DNA of 64,000 bases from an uncultured Lentisphaerales bacterium (lineage in GTDB: Bacteria; Verrucomicrobiota; Kiritimatiellia; RFP12; CAZZCT01), in NCBI GenBank assembly GCA_964652365.1, contig CAZZCT010000003.1:158-64157 (forward strand). The letters are read 5' to 3'. Under the pieces are notes generated by a model that was given only the letters and a program-made list of their open reading frames with translations, had not been told where the DNA came from and searched no databases. Positions 8,121 through 17,739 of the stretch are shown in pieces. The number at the start of each line of letters is the position of its first letter. Within the stretch, counting starts at the first letter, position 1. A program made the position numbers and the translations under genes.

Positions 8121-8542
8121 TTGGCGCCCCCCTCGTCGGTCATGATGCCGACCACCCCGCCGGCACCGCTGATGGCCGCCATGGTCTCGTAGTAGTTCTG
8201 GTACTTGACGCCCTTGGCGGCATCCAGCACGATCACGCGCTTGTCTTCAGGCTTGCTGGGAAGCTTGAGTACCAGCAGGGCCGCACGCAGCCCCGCCATG
8301 TCCATGGGCTGGTCGTTGAAGCTCAGACCGTTATCGTGCAGCTTGATGGTCGGAGTCTTCTCCTCCTGCTGCTGCTGTTGCTGCTGCGCGGCCGGTATAT
8401 CGGTCTCGAAGCCGGTCAGTTTGCGGATCGACGTCGTCAGGATGAAGAAAATGATCAGCAAGAAGGCGATGTCCGACACCGAATCGGTGGGGACGGTCGG
8501 CTGCTCCTTGCTCTTCTTTCTCTTACCCAGTGACACGGGCAT
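8117..8542 (-). CDS. exbD: ExbD/TolR-family biopolymer transport protein (first copy) with a poly-Gln insert
   Basis: 141 aa. The TM helix carries the conserved Asp (SVSDIAFLLIIFFILTTSI). An AAQQQQQQQEEK tract is encoded by the (CTG)n run at 8366-8386. Confidence 0.9.
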   Translation of the reverse strand: MPVSLGKRKKSKEQPTVPTDSVSDIAFLLIIFFILTTSIRKLTGFETDIPAAQQQQQQQEEKTPTIKLHDNGLSFNDQPMDMAGLRAALLVLKLPSKPEDKRVIVLDAAKGVKYQNYYETMAAISGAGGVVGIMTDEGGAK

Positions 8543-8570
8543 CTCTCCGACTGCAGTGTTAAGTTCCGGC

Positions 8571-9221
8571 TCAGGCGCGCCGCGATGAACGCAGGGTCAC
8601 GAAATCGAGCAGTTCGACGCCCGCCTCGTGAATCTCCTCCTCGACCTTCTCGGCGCGGCCGGTGAAGTAGTGGAAGGGGATCACGGCACCCATCGCGATC
8701 AGCAAGCCGGCCGCAGTGGTGATCAGGGCTTCCGAGATGCCGGATGCGACGGCCGCACCCTCGAGCGCGCCGGCCTTGCCCATCGACTCAAACGACCGGA
8801 TCATGCCGGTGACCGTACCGGTCATGCCGAAGAGCGGCGCCGAGTTGCCGATGAACGAAAGCACATTCAGGCGCTTCTCAACTGCCTTGGTGGCGATGTA
8901 AGTGTAATCCTCAATCGCATCCTCGACCAGTGAGCGCAGCGACTCCGGCGTGCTGGCCATGGCCCGGTGCTTCTCGTAGGCCTGCACACCAGACAGCAAC
9001 ACAGCCGAGACCGGGCCCGGCGTGCCGACGCACAGGCGGCATGCCTCCTCAATCCGGTCTTCGCGCAGCAGGCGCATGACCTTAGCGCGCAGCGAGCGCA
9101 CATCCACGCGGTCGTTCTCCCGGAAGGCCTTCCAGCGGTCGAACAGGACCGCCAGCGCCAGCACGCTCTCAATCATCAGCGGAATCATCAACATGCCGCC
9201 CTTGATCAGGATCTCAAGCAT
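8571..9221 (-). CDS. exbB: MotA/TolQ/ExbB-family proton channel
   Basis: 216 aa with 3 TM helices. Family signature: NSAPLFGMTGTVTGMIRSF...ISEALITTAAGLLIAMGAVIPFHYF. AAGGAGAG lies upstream of the ATG at 9221. Confidence 0.92.
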   Translation of the reverse strand: MLEILIKGGMLMIPLMIESVLALAVLFDRWKAFRENDRVDVRSLRAKVMRLLREDRIEEACRLCVGTPGPVSAVLLSGVQAYEKHRAMASTPESLRSLVEDAIEDYTYIATKAVEKRLNVLSFIGNSAPLFGMTGTVTGMIRSFESMGKAGALEGAAVASGISEALITTAAGLLIAMGAVIPFHYFTGRAEKVEEEIHEAGVELLDFVTLRSSRRA

Positions 9222-9242
9222 TGTGCACTCTCCTTGCTTCTT

Positions 9243-9662
9243 CTAAACCGAACCCGGCCGGCCGCCGCGCAAGCGAACGGCCAAATCCTCACCCTCGACC
9301 GGCGGCAGGGCCACCTGCGTAACCCGCGCCTCCGGCGCGGGAGCCAGCGTCAACTCGCCGGTCACGGCATTGTAGACGCTGTCGCGCAACACGCCCAACT
9401 CCAGCCGCTGCCGGAGCGGGCTCCGGCCGGCGGCGCAGACCAGCAACGCGTCGTCGCACAGCCCCACCCAGACACGGCTGTCGTGGAACCACTGCCCGAC
9501 GTCGACGCGTGTGGCGGTACAGCGCTGCCAGGACAGCTGGCGGTCCCCCGCCAGTTGCCCGAGCAGCGTCCGGCCCGCGGCCGTCGACCACGACAACCGC
9601 AACCAGCGCATCGCAACCCAGCCCGCCAGGCGGCGGGCGATGGTCTGGATCTTCGCTGCCAT
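9243..9662 (-). CDS. Hypothetical 139-aa soluble Trp/Arg-rich protein with no recognisable domain, wedged between the giant TPR gene and exbB
   Basis: This is the in-frame ATG at 9662 within track ORF 9243..10196. The rest of that ORF overlaps the giant gene. It begins 2 nt after the giant gene's TGA (9665-9667) and ends 21 nt before the exbB ATG. Confidence 0.6.
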   Translation of the reverse strand: MAAKIQTIARRLAGWVAMRWLRLSWSTAAGRTLLGQLAGDRQLSWQRCTATRVDVGQWFHDSRVWVGLCDDALLVCAAGRSPLRQRLELGVLRDSVYNAVTGELTLAPAPEARVTQVALPPVEGEDLAVRLRGGRPGSV

Positions 9663-9664
9663 AC

Positions 9665-12600
9665 TCAGGTGCCTGCATCCTCCGACTCGATCTTGGCCAG
9701 CGCCTCTTCCGAGAGGCGACCGCGCGCATACTTGGCCCAGATCGACTCCGGATAGTCCCAGGTCAGCTTCTTGAACATTCGGTAGGCGGCCACCAGTTCC
9801 TTGGATTTCATGTGACTGTCGCCACACCAGTACATGGACTGGGCAATCAGATCCGCCTCGGCCTTGGGCGTCGCGATCACGCGTTTGAACGTGGCCACGG
9901 CCTTGGGATAGTCCTCGGCGCGGATATAGCACTGACCCGACAGCACGAGCGTCTTCCAGGCCAGGGGATGATCCGGGAACCGTTCCGAGAGGCGCCCGAA
10001 GACCTGCGCCGCCGTCGTCGCCGTGGCCCGCGCCTGCGTCAGGAGCTTCTCGCGCTCGATCAGGTCCGCCTGGGCCTTGGCCTTCTCCACCAGCTCCCGG
10101 TTCTTGACCGTGAAGTAGTTGCCCAGACGGGCGATGGTCTCCGCCACCAGTTCGTTGTCCGGATAGCGATAGGAGAGCTTGACGTACTCCTCGCACGCCA
10201 GATCGATCTCACCCATCTTCTCAAAGGCCAGGGCCTTCTTGAACTGCGACTTGGGCGCGTAGGCGCCTTCCGGGAAGTTGGCCACGATCTCGGTGAAGCG
10301 GCCGACCGCCTCGCGGTAGTGGCGCTGCTTGGCATCCGGCTCCGTCGTCTCGTCGGCAAACTGCATGGAGAGCTCTGCCAGCAGGTAGTCAGCGTGGGCA
10401 CGGGCTTCGGACTTGGGCGAGTCGCGCAGCGACTCCTCCAGCAGCTTGCGTCCCTGCGAGATCTCCTTGCGCGCCAGCTCCTTCTGTCCCAGCTCGCGAT
10501 GCTTCTTAGCCATCTCGAAATAGGCCTCGGCCGTGGTGAACTGGGTTTGGATCGCAATCTCGGGATCGCGGAACTGTTTGGTGAACGGCGCGATCTGACC
10601 GTCGGCACCCTTGTGCACCTGCACCACGAAGGCCAGGACAGCCGGTTCACGGCCGGTCGCGTACTCAAAGGTCAGCCGCTCGCCATAGCCGACCGCCAGA
10701 GCTCCGGCCGCCGGGACACTGCCCGGATCGCCCCCGAACGCCAGCGTGACGGCGCCCTTAAAGACACCCGAGTGGCCGAACGTCTCGGAGAGCTTGACCT
10801 GCCGGGGCCCGCCCGACAGACCGGTGACGTTGAGCGTAACCTCTTCCTTCTCATCCGTGGTGTCCAGCACGTGATCGATGACGCGCGGAAAGATCAGCTC
10901 GCCGACGTGCACCGCCGCGACCTCGGTCTCGTAACGGCGCTCCATGACATGCAACCATGGGTCGCTCGCGAGGGCGACCGTGCGGGTCTGCCAGCGTACG
11001 GCTCCATTGGGCCCGGTGTGCTTGAGACCGATGTAGACGGTGTCGTTACCTGCCACCGCCAGGAACAGCGGCTCCTCGTCTTCGACCACCCGGCGCTGGG
11101 TTCCTTCGGCTTTGGATGCGGCCGCGCGTTTCTCGGCTTCCACCGCCAGGCTCTTCTCGGGCAGGGCTGCCAGTTCCATCGGGAGCACGAATGAGAAGCG
11201 TCCGTCGTCCAGGGCCGCATTGGCATACCGATTGCCGTCGATGGTCACCGCGCGGTAGCCGACCGGTGGCTGGATGTTCGGCAGATTGCCGGGACGCGCC
11301 ACGAGGCGCACGGTGCCGGGAACCGTGATGTCGAACGGCGCCGCTTCCCCGTCGACAGCGGCCGCGGGCGCGGCACCGCCAACACGGGCGCGACCGCGCG
11401 CGGTCTGGACATAGAGCACCGCCTCACTCTCAACGGAGAGCGCCGCAGCCGGATGGAGCAGCTCAACCATGAGCGGCGCGACCACCAGGGTTGTAGAGAC
11501 ATTGTCGGCCTGGGCGTCGGCCGGCCGGTAGGCCACGATCGTCCGGGCCACGGCCACCTGTTCATCACGCATGCGGGCCGTGCGCGTGATCTTGACCGGC
11601 GTGGCAAGTTCCTGCTCTGTCAGCGGCCGCGAACGGGCACTGTAGACGCGCATCTCGGCATCGCCCGAGCCGGTCTGCTCCAGCAGCGCGCGGCGCTCCC
11701 AGGGAATGCCCGGATTCGTGTTCTCGCGGTCGACATAGGCAATGACCGCGTCATCGCCCGGCCCCACGCGGAACTCGGTCGGCCGCTGCGGCTGGCCGGC
11801 AACCGGGAAGACCCGCGCCGTGAAGATGCCGGAGTGGGCTTCGGTCTCGAGCGCCGGAACCTGGATCGCACTGCCGTCCGCGGACATCACGGAGACCGTC
11901 ACCTGGTCCGGTTTCTCGCTCACGTCCATGTCGGGATCGTTCACAAACACGGTCAGGGCGTCCCCCACGCGGAAGCGCCGCATCGGAATATAGACTGCCT
12001 CGCGTGTTCCGTCCCCGGCCAAAACCGACTCGATAAAGCAGGCCTCGACCTGCGCATCATTGAAGGTGGCGCTCATGGACGCCTCGCTTACGGCCTTCTT
12101 GGGATCGACCGGCACCGGGTCCTCGTAGGCGATCGTGATGCGGTCGCCGGGCACGATCTCCAAGGTACGGTTGCGGCGCAGGCTGACGATGTCCACGGCC
12201 GGCGGCAGGATCTTGGCGCCCTCGGCCGAGTCGAGCGTGATGCTGCGGACCGCCGGGGCCTGGCCTTCGAAATCAGCCATCACCAACCGCAGGGTGCGGG
12301 CCTTGGTGGCAGGCGGGAAAGTCGCCGTGAAGACGGACTGCGCCGCGTCGACAGCGATGGCCGCCGGGACGAACAGCGGCCCGCGCTCGCCCTCCGGGAA
12401 GCGCGACGGATCGAAGAGCTGGGCCGAGCACGGCGTCAGTTCCGGCGGCTTCTCGACATCCGACATGAGCGTCCATACGGGCTTGGCCTTGCGCTGCGCT
12501 GCGAAGCAGAACTCGACCCGGTGCACGCCCTTGGGAAGGGATCCACGGAACACACCGCTCTTCGGATCCACAGGCACCCCGTCGACGGTCAGGTACGCCG

Positions 12601-15600
12601 CCATGGCCTTGGCGTTGCCGCGCAGATCGACCCGGAAGGCGCAGACCTGGCGCTGGGGCAGGTAGAAGGCCGCACCGAAGCGACCGACGTACCAGCTGTC
12701 GACGCCGTCGCCGGACAGCCCCATCGCAGCCGCCTGGCCGCCCACCGCCTCATCGAAGGAGAGCTCGGGCTTAAACGGCCGCAGATAGAGTTTGCTCACG
12801 CCAGCGGCCAGGTAGCCGGCATTCAGGAAGGACTCGCACTCCTCCAGGTTGCGCGGCAGGCGGTTCTGCCCCGCGAACCGTACGAGTTCGAAGCGCGCGG
12901 CGCCGTCCCACTCGGGGAGGTTCTGCGGCCAGGCGGCCACGGTGCGGAAATCGCGCCCGCTGTGCGAAACCTGCAGCGCAAAGCGCTTCAGGCGGCGGCC
13001 GGTCTCGTTAGCCGTGAGCGTCAACTTGCCGAGGGCGACCAGGTCGTTCAGGTCGATCGACAGGGTCTTCGGCCGGCGGCCGTCCGGCAGTCCGGCCCAC
13101 CCCGGCGTCTCGCCGCCGGCGATGGCGTAGACGGGCTCGCGCCCCTCCTCGGCATCGGAGGCAAAGGCCGTGGCCGGCGCACTCATGGTCGCGATTTGTC
13201 CTTCGAAGACGCCCGAGAAAGGCTCCGTCTCGGTCAGTTCCAGCGCGTCGATGGCGTCGCCGCTGGAGGAGTTGACCCGCACGGCGATCTTGTCGCGCTC
13301 GGGCGTTCCGCTGCGGTCCGGATCCACGACCCGCACGTTGATCGGATTGCCAGGCTTGATCTCGCTAGAGGCGCGTACGGTGCTGAGCAGCGTCTGGTCG
13401 GCCTCGACCTTGCTGCGCAGGCGCTCGCGAATCAGCCGTTCCATGGCCAGCTCCTCCTGCTCCTGGCGCGACAGGATCCGGCCGGATGAGACGAACAGGT
13501 CTCCGGGCGACACCACCCGGATGGCAATCGCCTTGGAGCCTTCAATCTTGTTGGCGCGCATGAAGCGCTCGGAGAAGTCGTAGTTCACGCGATCGCCGCC
13601 GCGCACTTGCAGGAGGCGATCGCCCTTGACGGCCGCGCCCAGCAGCGTGGGAATCTGACCTTCAAACTTGGTCTTCGAATCGCCGAACGGCAACAGGCTG
13701 AGGAACTCCTCGTCGCCTGCATCTGTCCACGCGCGCACCTCGATCGTGCCGCCCTTGCCGGAGACGGCCAGGGTGCGGTCCTCCAACTGAACCTTGAGGG
13801 GCCGGCCGGGCACGATGACCTCCTGCATGCCGGCCAGTCCGACCCGCACTTCCGTGGCTTCGACCAGCTTCTTGAGGCGCAGGTTCACGCGTCCTTCGAG
13901 CAGGCGTCCGTTGACGTGGCTGGGCTCGAGCACGAAAACCTTCTCGATGTGATCCTTGGCTTCGGCGAACTCCTCGCGGTCGAACTTGATCAACGCCAAC
14001 TGGTAGTTGGCTTCTGTCTGCAGGTAGGCATCGCCGCGCCGGCTGAGTTTCTCCAGCGAGAGGATCGCATCGTCGTACTGGCGCGTCAGGCGGTCGACCT
14101 CCGCCACGCTGAGCTCGGCTTCACGCTTGGCCTGGGTGCCATCAAACTCCTTGGCCAGCACGAGCTGCTCGTACATGGCGCGGGCCTTGGGATACTCCTG
14201 TCGGGCCTTGGCCACGCCGGCATAGGCCAGCATCAAGCGGGCGCGGACTTCGCGGTCAAAGCCCTGGCCGCTGGCAGTGGCCCACTGGATCATCTGCCGC
14301 GCCAGGTCTTCGGCCTGGGTGAAATCGCCGACATCGGTGTGCCGTTCGATCACCCACAGCACGAAGGCGGGGTCGAGCTCCTTCATCGTGGCCGCGAAGC
14401 GTCCGGCGGCCGACAGGTAAAGCTCCCAAGCGGTGGCGAACTTGCCGAGCAGATAATCAGCCTGCGCGGCGAACACCGGATAACGCGGGTCGCCGCGCTC
14501 AACCGGGATGGAGCCGCCGAGGCCGGCCAGGGCCTTGGCTCGCACCGCGGTGAAGGCGTTGCGCTGTTCCTCGCGCAGTTCCATGCCGGGCAGCCCGAGT
14601 GCCAGTGTGCCGAGGACCGCGGCCAGTTCGGCCTGACCGGCCTGCTGCGACTCACCCGCCATCACGGTCAGGTCGGTGTAGCCGGTGGTGGAGCGCAGTT
14701 CGCGCACGGTGCGCAGAATCTGCGGCAGCAGGGGGAACATCTCCGTGTAGCGCTGACGGCGCGCCAGACCGCGCAGGGCCAGCATGCCAGCGGCGTCGAC
14801 CTCTTTGTTCTGCGGCCAGGAGTAGGGCGTCACGCTGCGGAAGAGCGTCAGCAACACCTCGAGTTCGGCGTCGGCCAGTTTGGCGGGATCGGCCGTGCCG
14901 ATGCCAGTCATGAGCGGCGGTCCATAGCGGAACGGCTCGACCGCCGCGCGGGCGCTGTAGGCGGCGACGCCGTCGAAGAAGCTCTTGGCAGCCGCGGGGT
15001 CGTCCTTGCGGTAGGCCGGGACGCTGAACATGCCGACGGCGAAGCTGTCGAAAAAGACCTTGCCGTAGCCGGCCCGGTACTGGTCGATCAAAGCCTGGCG
15101 GCGAGGGGCGTCCGCCCGCTCGATGATGCGGTACACAATCTCCCAGTACGAGGCGCGATCATACACTGGCAGGCTGGCATCCCAACCGAATGGGTAGCGC
15201 GGGAACTTGGCGAAGACCTCAGCCGTGGCATGCAGCACCTTGCGGTCCGTGTCGCCGCTGATGCGCCAGAACTCACGGTTGGCCACGCGCGTGCGGGTGA
15301 CTTCGGCGGCATACATGGCGTCAAAGGCGCTGGCAGCCGGGTATTTGGCATCCAGGACGTTGAACTCATTGCGGATGAGCTGCATGAGCGTCAGCGTTCC
15401 GAGCGCATCCAGTGCCGGCAGCGACGCCGCCTGGCGCTGGCGCAGGATGATCTGTTCGAGCACTTGGGCATTCCACCCCTGCTCGGACCAGCCGTTGCCG
15501 TTGCGGGTGCTGCGGAACCAGCCGAAGAGTTCGCCGGAGAAGCGGTCGCGGGCCAGCGCGTCGGTCAGGGCCTTGGCCAGCACGCCATTCAGTTTCTGCA

Positions 15601-17665
15601 GGGCATCGTGGTCGCCGCGGCCCGCGCCATTGAAGCTGCCCCATCCGGCCCGGTCCGAGCAGATCCGCGACCAGACCAGACGAGCGCCCAGGTTGATCCC
15701 GCCATCGCTGAGCGCCAGTTGATCGGCGAGCATCTCCAGTTGCAGATCGTACGAGCTGAGGTCGGCCGGACGATAGCGCGCGACCCAGCGCAGGACCCCA
15801 CCGCCAAAGGGGGTGTGGTCCTTCTCGAAGCTCTTGACCGCGCCGTAGACGGCGCGCATGGCGGTCGCGAAGGCGGCCGCATCGCGACTGCGGGCCGTGA
15901 GCACGGCTTGAGAAATGTCGCGGCAAACCGGGTTGGCGGCCGTGGCCGGGTCGATGTTGCTGGCCGGATCCATCAGCCGCTTGAGGGCGTCATCCAGCGG
16001 ACCGACGAGGGCGGCGCTCTTGATCGCCTCGGCGTCCTTGGCGGCGACTCCCTTGCGGATTTGGTCCGCCCATTGCCGGACATCGGCCGCCACGGGACCG
16101 AACACGTCCTGACGATCTTCCCGACGGGTGTACGGCACCCACTGCAGGGCGGTCAGAACCCCGACGAACGTGGACTTGTCGGCCGGATTGGCCTCATCCG
16201 GAATCGCCCACACGGCGCGCAGGATCTCCCGCGCCGCCTCGCCGTGGAGCATGAGCGGCGAGTTGAGCGCGTACTGCCGGCCGAAGCGCGAAAGCATGAC
16301 CGTACCGGCGTTGTCCGCGAGCTTCTTCTCGGCCCGCGGCAGTTGGCGCTGCACATCCCATACGCGGCGGTAGGCCTCCCAGACCTCGCGCAGATCCAGG
16401 TGCCAGGCCTGCTGCTGCATCAGCCGCTGGGTGCAGGCCCACGGATCGTCCTCGCCGGCCAGCGCCGTGACCACGGCGGCGTCCACGCTGCGCGTGCCCG
16501 GCAGGACCGCGGCCAGGCTGCGGAAGAGCGCCTGGTCCGTACCGGTCGTGACAAAGCGCAGCGCGTGGCGGCCTTCGGTGGCGCGGAAATAGTCCGGCGC
16601 CTTGAGCGCCAGCGCAGTCCAGAATTCGGGCGTGAAGAACCAGTCGCGCGACGACCAGGCGAAATTGGCGAGGAACGCATCACGGTCGGCGGCCGATGCC
16701 GCCAGGAAGACCGCGGCGAACGTCTCGTGCAGGCGCGAAAGCGTGCGTTTCGCCAGGTCGGCGTTGCCGCACCAGACCGTGGCGATCTCGCGCAGGGTGG
16801 CCTCGGTGGGCGCGGCCGTCTGGTAAGCGACGGCGCTCTTGACCACACTTTCGACCTCGCGACCCAGGGTGGTGTCGTCCTTGCCCTCGGCCCCGGTGCG
16901 GTAGGCCAGGTTCGCGGCCAGGAATTCGGCCCGGGCCCGGCGCGCCGGATCTTCACGGATCAGGCTGGCCATCCGCCGCAGATGGGGACCGGCTGCGTAC
17001 ATCTCGGGCCGCATGGCCACGAGGTCAGTCAGAAGAACGTCGAGCCGCTCCCAAGCCACATAGCGTTCCGCCTCCAGCGGCAGTTGCTCGGCGAGGATCG
17101 TGGCCAGGCGACGGGCCAGGGCCACGTAGTTCTTCTGGGTCTGGGCGTAGTCGAGAAACCACGAATCGAACTTGCGGGCAGCCACCGCGCCTCGCAGCCG
17201 GTCACCGTTCTCATCCATGAACCGAAAGGCCTCTTCGGCGCTGCCCAGGTAGTCCAACTGGATGGTGCAGAGCGTCGCGGCCACGTTGGCTGCGTCGGCA
17301 TCCGGTGTCGCGGTTCCCAGGTACTGCTTGTAGCGCGATACGGCGGCCAGCAGGTCGCCGGCCTGCAGGGCGCAATCGCCGGCCAACCGCACCACCTCGG
17401 GCGCCGGAGCCGCCGTCTGGGCCAGGTAGAGGCGCGCCGCCGTAGAGGCCGCCGTGGGACGGCCGCTGGCCAACCCCGCCCGCAGCCCCTCGATCATGGC
17501 GTCCTTGGTCGCTGCGCCAGGATCGCGCTGCACCTTGCGCAGGAAGGCGTCGAAGGGATCCGGCACAGGAGGCGCATCGGCCGCCCACACCGGGATCCCC
17601 ATGAGCAACCCGAGCAGGACCACGCGGGCGGCCCCAAAGATCGTTTCCACGCTGCTGCGCCTCAT
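9665..17665 (-). CDS. Giant (2666 aa) secreted TPR/alpha-solenoid protein with a central beta-sandwich repeat region, discoidin-like and PA14-like modules, and a YbgF/CpoB-like C-terminal TPR block
   Basis: ATG at 17665 preceded by GGGAGGTGCA. Signal peptide: MRRSSVETIFGAARVVLLGLLMGIPVWAADA. Recurrent motif: ETEPFSGVFEGQI / ETEAHSGIFTARV / ETFGHSGVFKGAV. Discoidin-like segment: PKTLSIDLNDLVALGKLTLTANETGRRLKRFALQVSHSGRDFRTV. C-terminal TPRs resemble CpoB: YPDNELVAETIARLGNYF, FPDHPLAWKTLVLSGQCY, YPESIWAKYARGRL. Confidence 0.9.
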   Translation of the reverse strand: MRRSSVETIFGAARVVLLGLLMGIPVWAADAPPVPDPFDAFLRKVQRDPGAATKDAMIEGLRAGLASGRPTAASTAARLYLAQTAAPAPEVVRLAGDCALQAGDLLAAVSRYKQYLGTATPDADAANVAATLCTIQLDYLGSAEEAFRFMDENGDRLRGAVAARKFDSWFLDYAQTQKNYVALARRLATILAEQLPLEAERYVAWERLDVLLTDLVAMRPEMYAAGPHLRRMASLIREDPARRARAEFLAANLAYRTGAEGKDDTTLGREVESVVKSAVAYQTAAPTEATLREIATVWCGNADLAKRTLSRLHETFAAVFLAASAADRDAFLANFAWSSRDWFFTPEFWTALALKAPDYFRATEGRHALRFVTTGTDQALFRSLAAVLPGTRSVDAAVVTALAGEDDPWACTQRLMQQQAWHLDLREVWEAYRRVWDVQRQLPRAEKKLADNAGTVMLSRFGRQYALNSPLMLHGEAAREILRAVWAIPDEANPADKSTFVGVLTALQWVPYTRREDRQDVFGPVAADVRQWADQIRKGVAAKDAEAIKSAALVGPLDDALKRLMDPASNIDPATAANPVCRDISQAVLTARSRDAAAFATAMRAVYGAVKSFEKDHTPFGGGVLRWVARYRPADLSSYDLQLEMLADQLALSDGGINLGARLVWSRICSDRAGWGSFNGAGRGDHDALQKLNGVLAKALTDALARDRFSGELFGWFRSTRNGNGWSEQGWNAQVLEQIILRQRQAASLPALDALGTLTLMQLIRNEFNVLDAKYPAASAFDAMYAAEVTRTRVANREFWRISGDTDRKVLHATAEVFAKFPRYPFGWDASLPVYDRASYWEIVYRIIERADAPRRQALIDQYRAGYGKVFFDSFAVGMFSVPAYRKDDPAAAKSFFDGVAAYSARAAVEPFRYGPPLMTGIGTADPAKLADAELEVLLTLFRSVTPYSWPQNKEVDAAGMLALRGLARRQRYTEMFPLLPQILRTVRELRSTTGYTDLTVMAGESQQAGQAELAAVLGTLALGLPGMELREEQRNAFTAVRAKALAGLGGSIPVERGDPRYPVFAAQADYLLGKFATAWELYLSAAGRFAATMKELDPAFVLWVIERHTDVGDFTQAEDLARQMIQWATASGQGFDREVRARLMLAYAGVAKARQEYPKARAMYEQLVLAKEFDGTQAKREAELSVAEVDRLTRQYDDAILSLEKLSRRGDAYLQTEANYQLALIKFDREEFAEAKDHIEKVFVLEPSHVNGRLLEGRVNLRLKKLVEATEVRVGLAGMQEVIVPGRPLKVQLEDRTLAVSGKGGTIEVRAWTDAGDEEFLSLLPFGDSKTKFEGQIPTLLGAAVKGDRLLQVRGGDRVNYDFSERFMRANKIEGSKAIAIRVVSPGDLFVSSGRILSRQEQEELAMERLIRERLRSKVEADQTLLSTVRASSEIKPGNPINVRVVDPDRSGTPERDKIAVRVNSSSGDAIDALELTETEPFSGVFEGQIATMSAPATAFASDAEEGREPVYAIAGGETPGWAGLPDGRRPKTLSIDLNDLVALGKLTLTANETGRRLKRFALQVSHSGRDFRTVAAWPQNLPEWDGAARFELVRFAGQNRLPRNLEECESFLNAGYLAAGVSKLYLRPFKPELSFDEAVGGQAAAMGLSGDGVDSWYVGRFGAAFYLPQRQVCAFRVDLRGNAKAMAAYLTVDGVPVDPKSGVFRGSLPKGVHRVEFCFAAQRKAKPVWTLMSDVEKPPELTPCSAQLFDPSRFPEGERGPLFVPAAIAVDAAQSVFTATFPPATKARTLRLVMADFEGQAPAVRSITLDSAEGAKILPPAVDIVSLRRNRTLEIVPGDRITIAYEDPVPVDPKKAVSEASMSATFNDAQVEACFIESVLAGDGTREAVYIPMRRFRVGDALTVFVNDPDMDVSEKPDQVTVSVMSADGSAIQVPALETEAHSGIFTARVFPVAGQPQRPTEFRVGPGDDAVIAYVDRENTNPGIPWERRALLEQTGSGDAEMRVYSARSRPLTEQELATPVKITRTARMRDEQVAVARTIVAYRPADAQADNVSTTLVVAPLMVELLHPAAALSVESEAVLYVQTARGRARVGGAAPAAAVDGEAAPFDITVPGTVRLVARPGNLPNIQPPVGYRAVTIDGNRYANAALDDGRFSFVLPMELAALPEKSLAVEAEKRAAASKAEGTQRRVVEDEEPLFLAVAGNDTVYIGLKHTGPNGAVRWQTRTVALASDPWLHVMERRYETEVAAVHVGELIFPRVIDHVLDTTDEKEEVTLNVTGLSGGPRQVKLSETFGHSGVFKGAVTLAFGGDPGSVPAAGALAVGYGERLTFEYATGREPAVLAFVVQVHKGADGQIAPFTKQFRDPEIAIQTQFTTAEAYFEMAKKHRELGQKELARKEISQGRKLLEESLRDSPKSEARAHADYLLAELSMQFADETTEPDAKQRHYREAVGRFTEIVANFPEGAYAPKSQFKKALAFEKMGEIDLACEEYVKLSYRYPDNELVAETIARLGNYFTVKNRELVEKAKAQADLIEREKLLTQARATATTAAQVFGRLSERFPDHPLAWKTLVLSGQCYIRAEDYPKAVATFKRVIATPKAEADLIAQSMYWCGDSHMKSKELVAAYRMFKKLTWDYPESIWAKYARGRLSEEALAKIESEDAGT

Positions 17666-17739
17666 TGCACCTCCCTAAGGACTGACGGGTCAAAACCTAA
17701 ATCGGCTGCCGGGGCTGCGCCACCTTCATCGGTCCACTG

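Noticed and set aside
9509-11194. 561-aa ORF on the + strand
   Set aside because: It is antisense to the 3' end of the giant TPR gene and to the 139-aa gene. It has no motifs, and its composition is typical of a shadow ORF.
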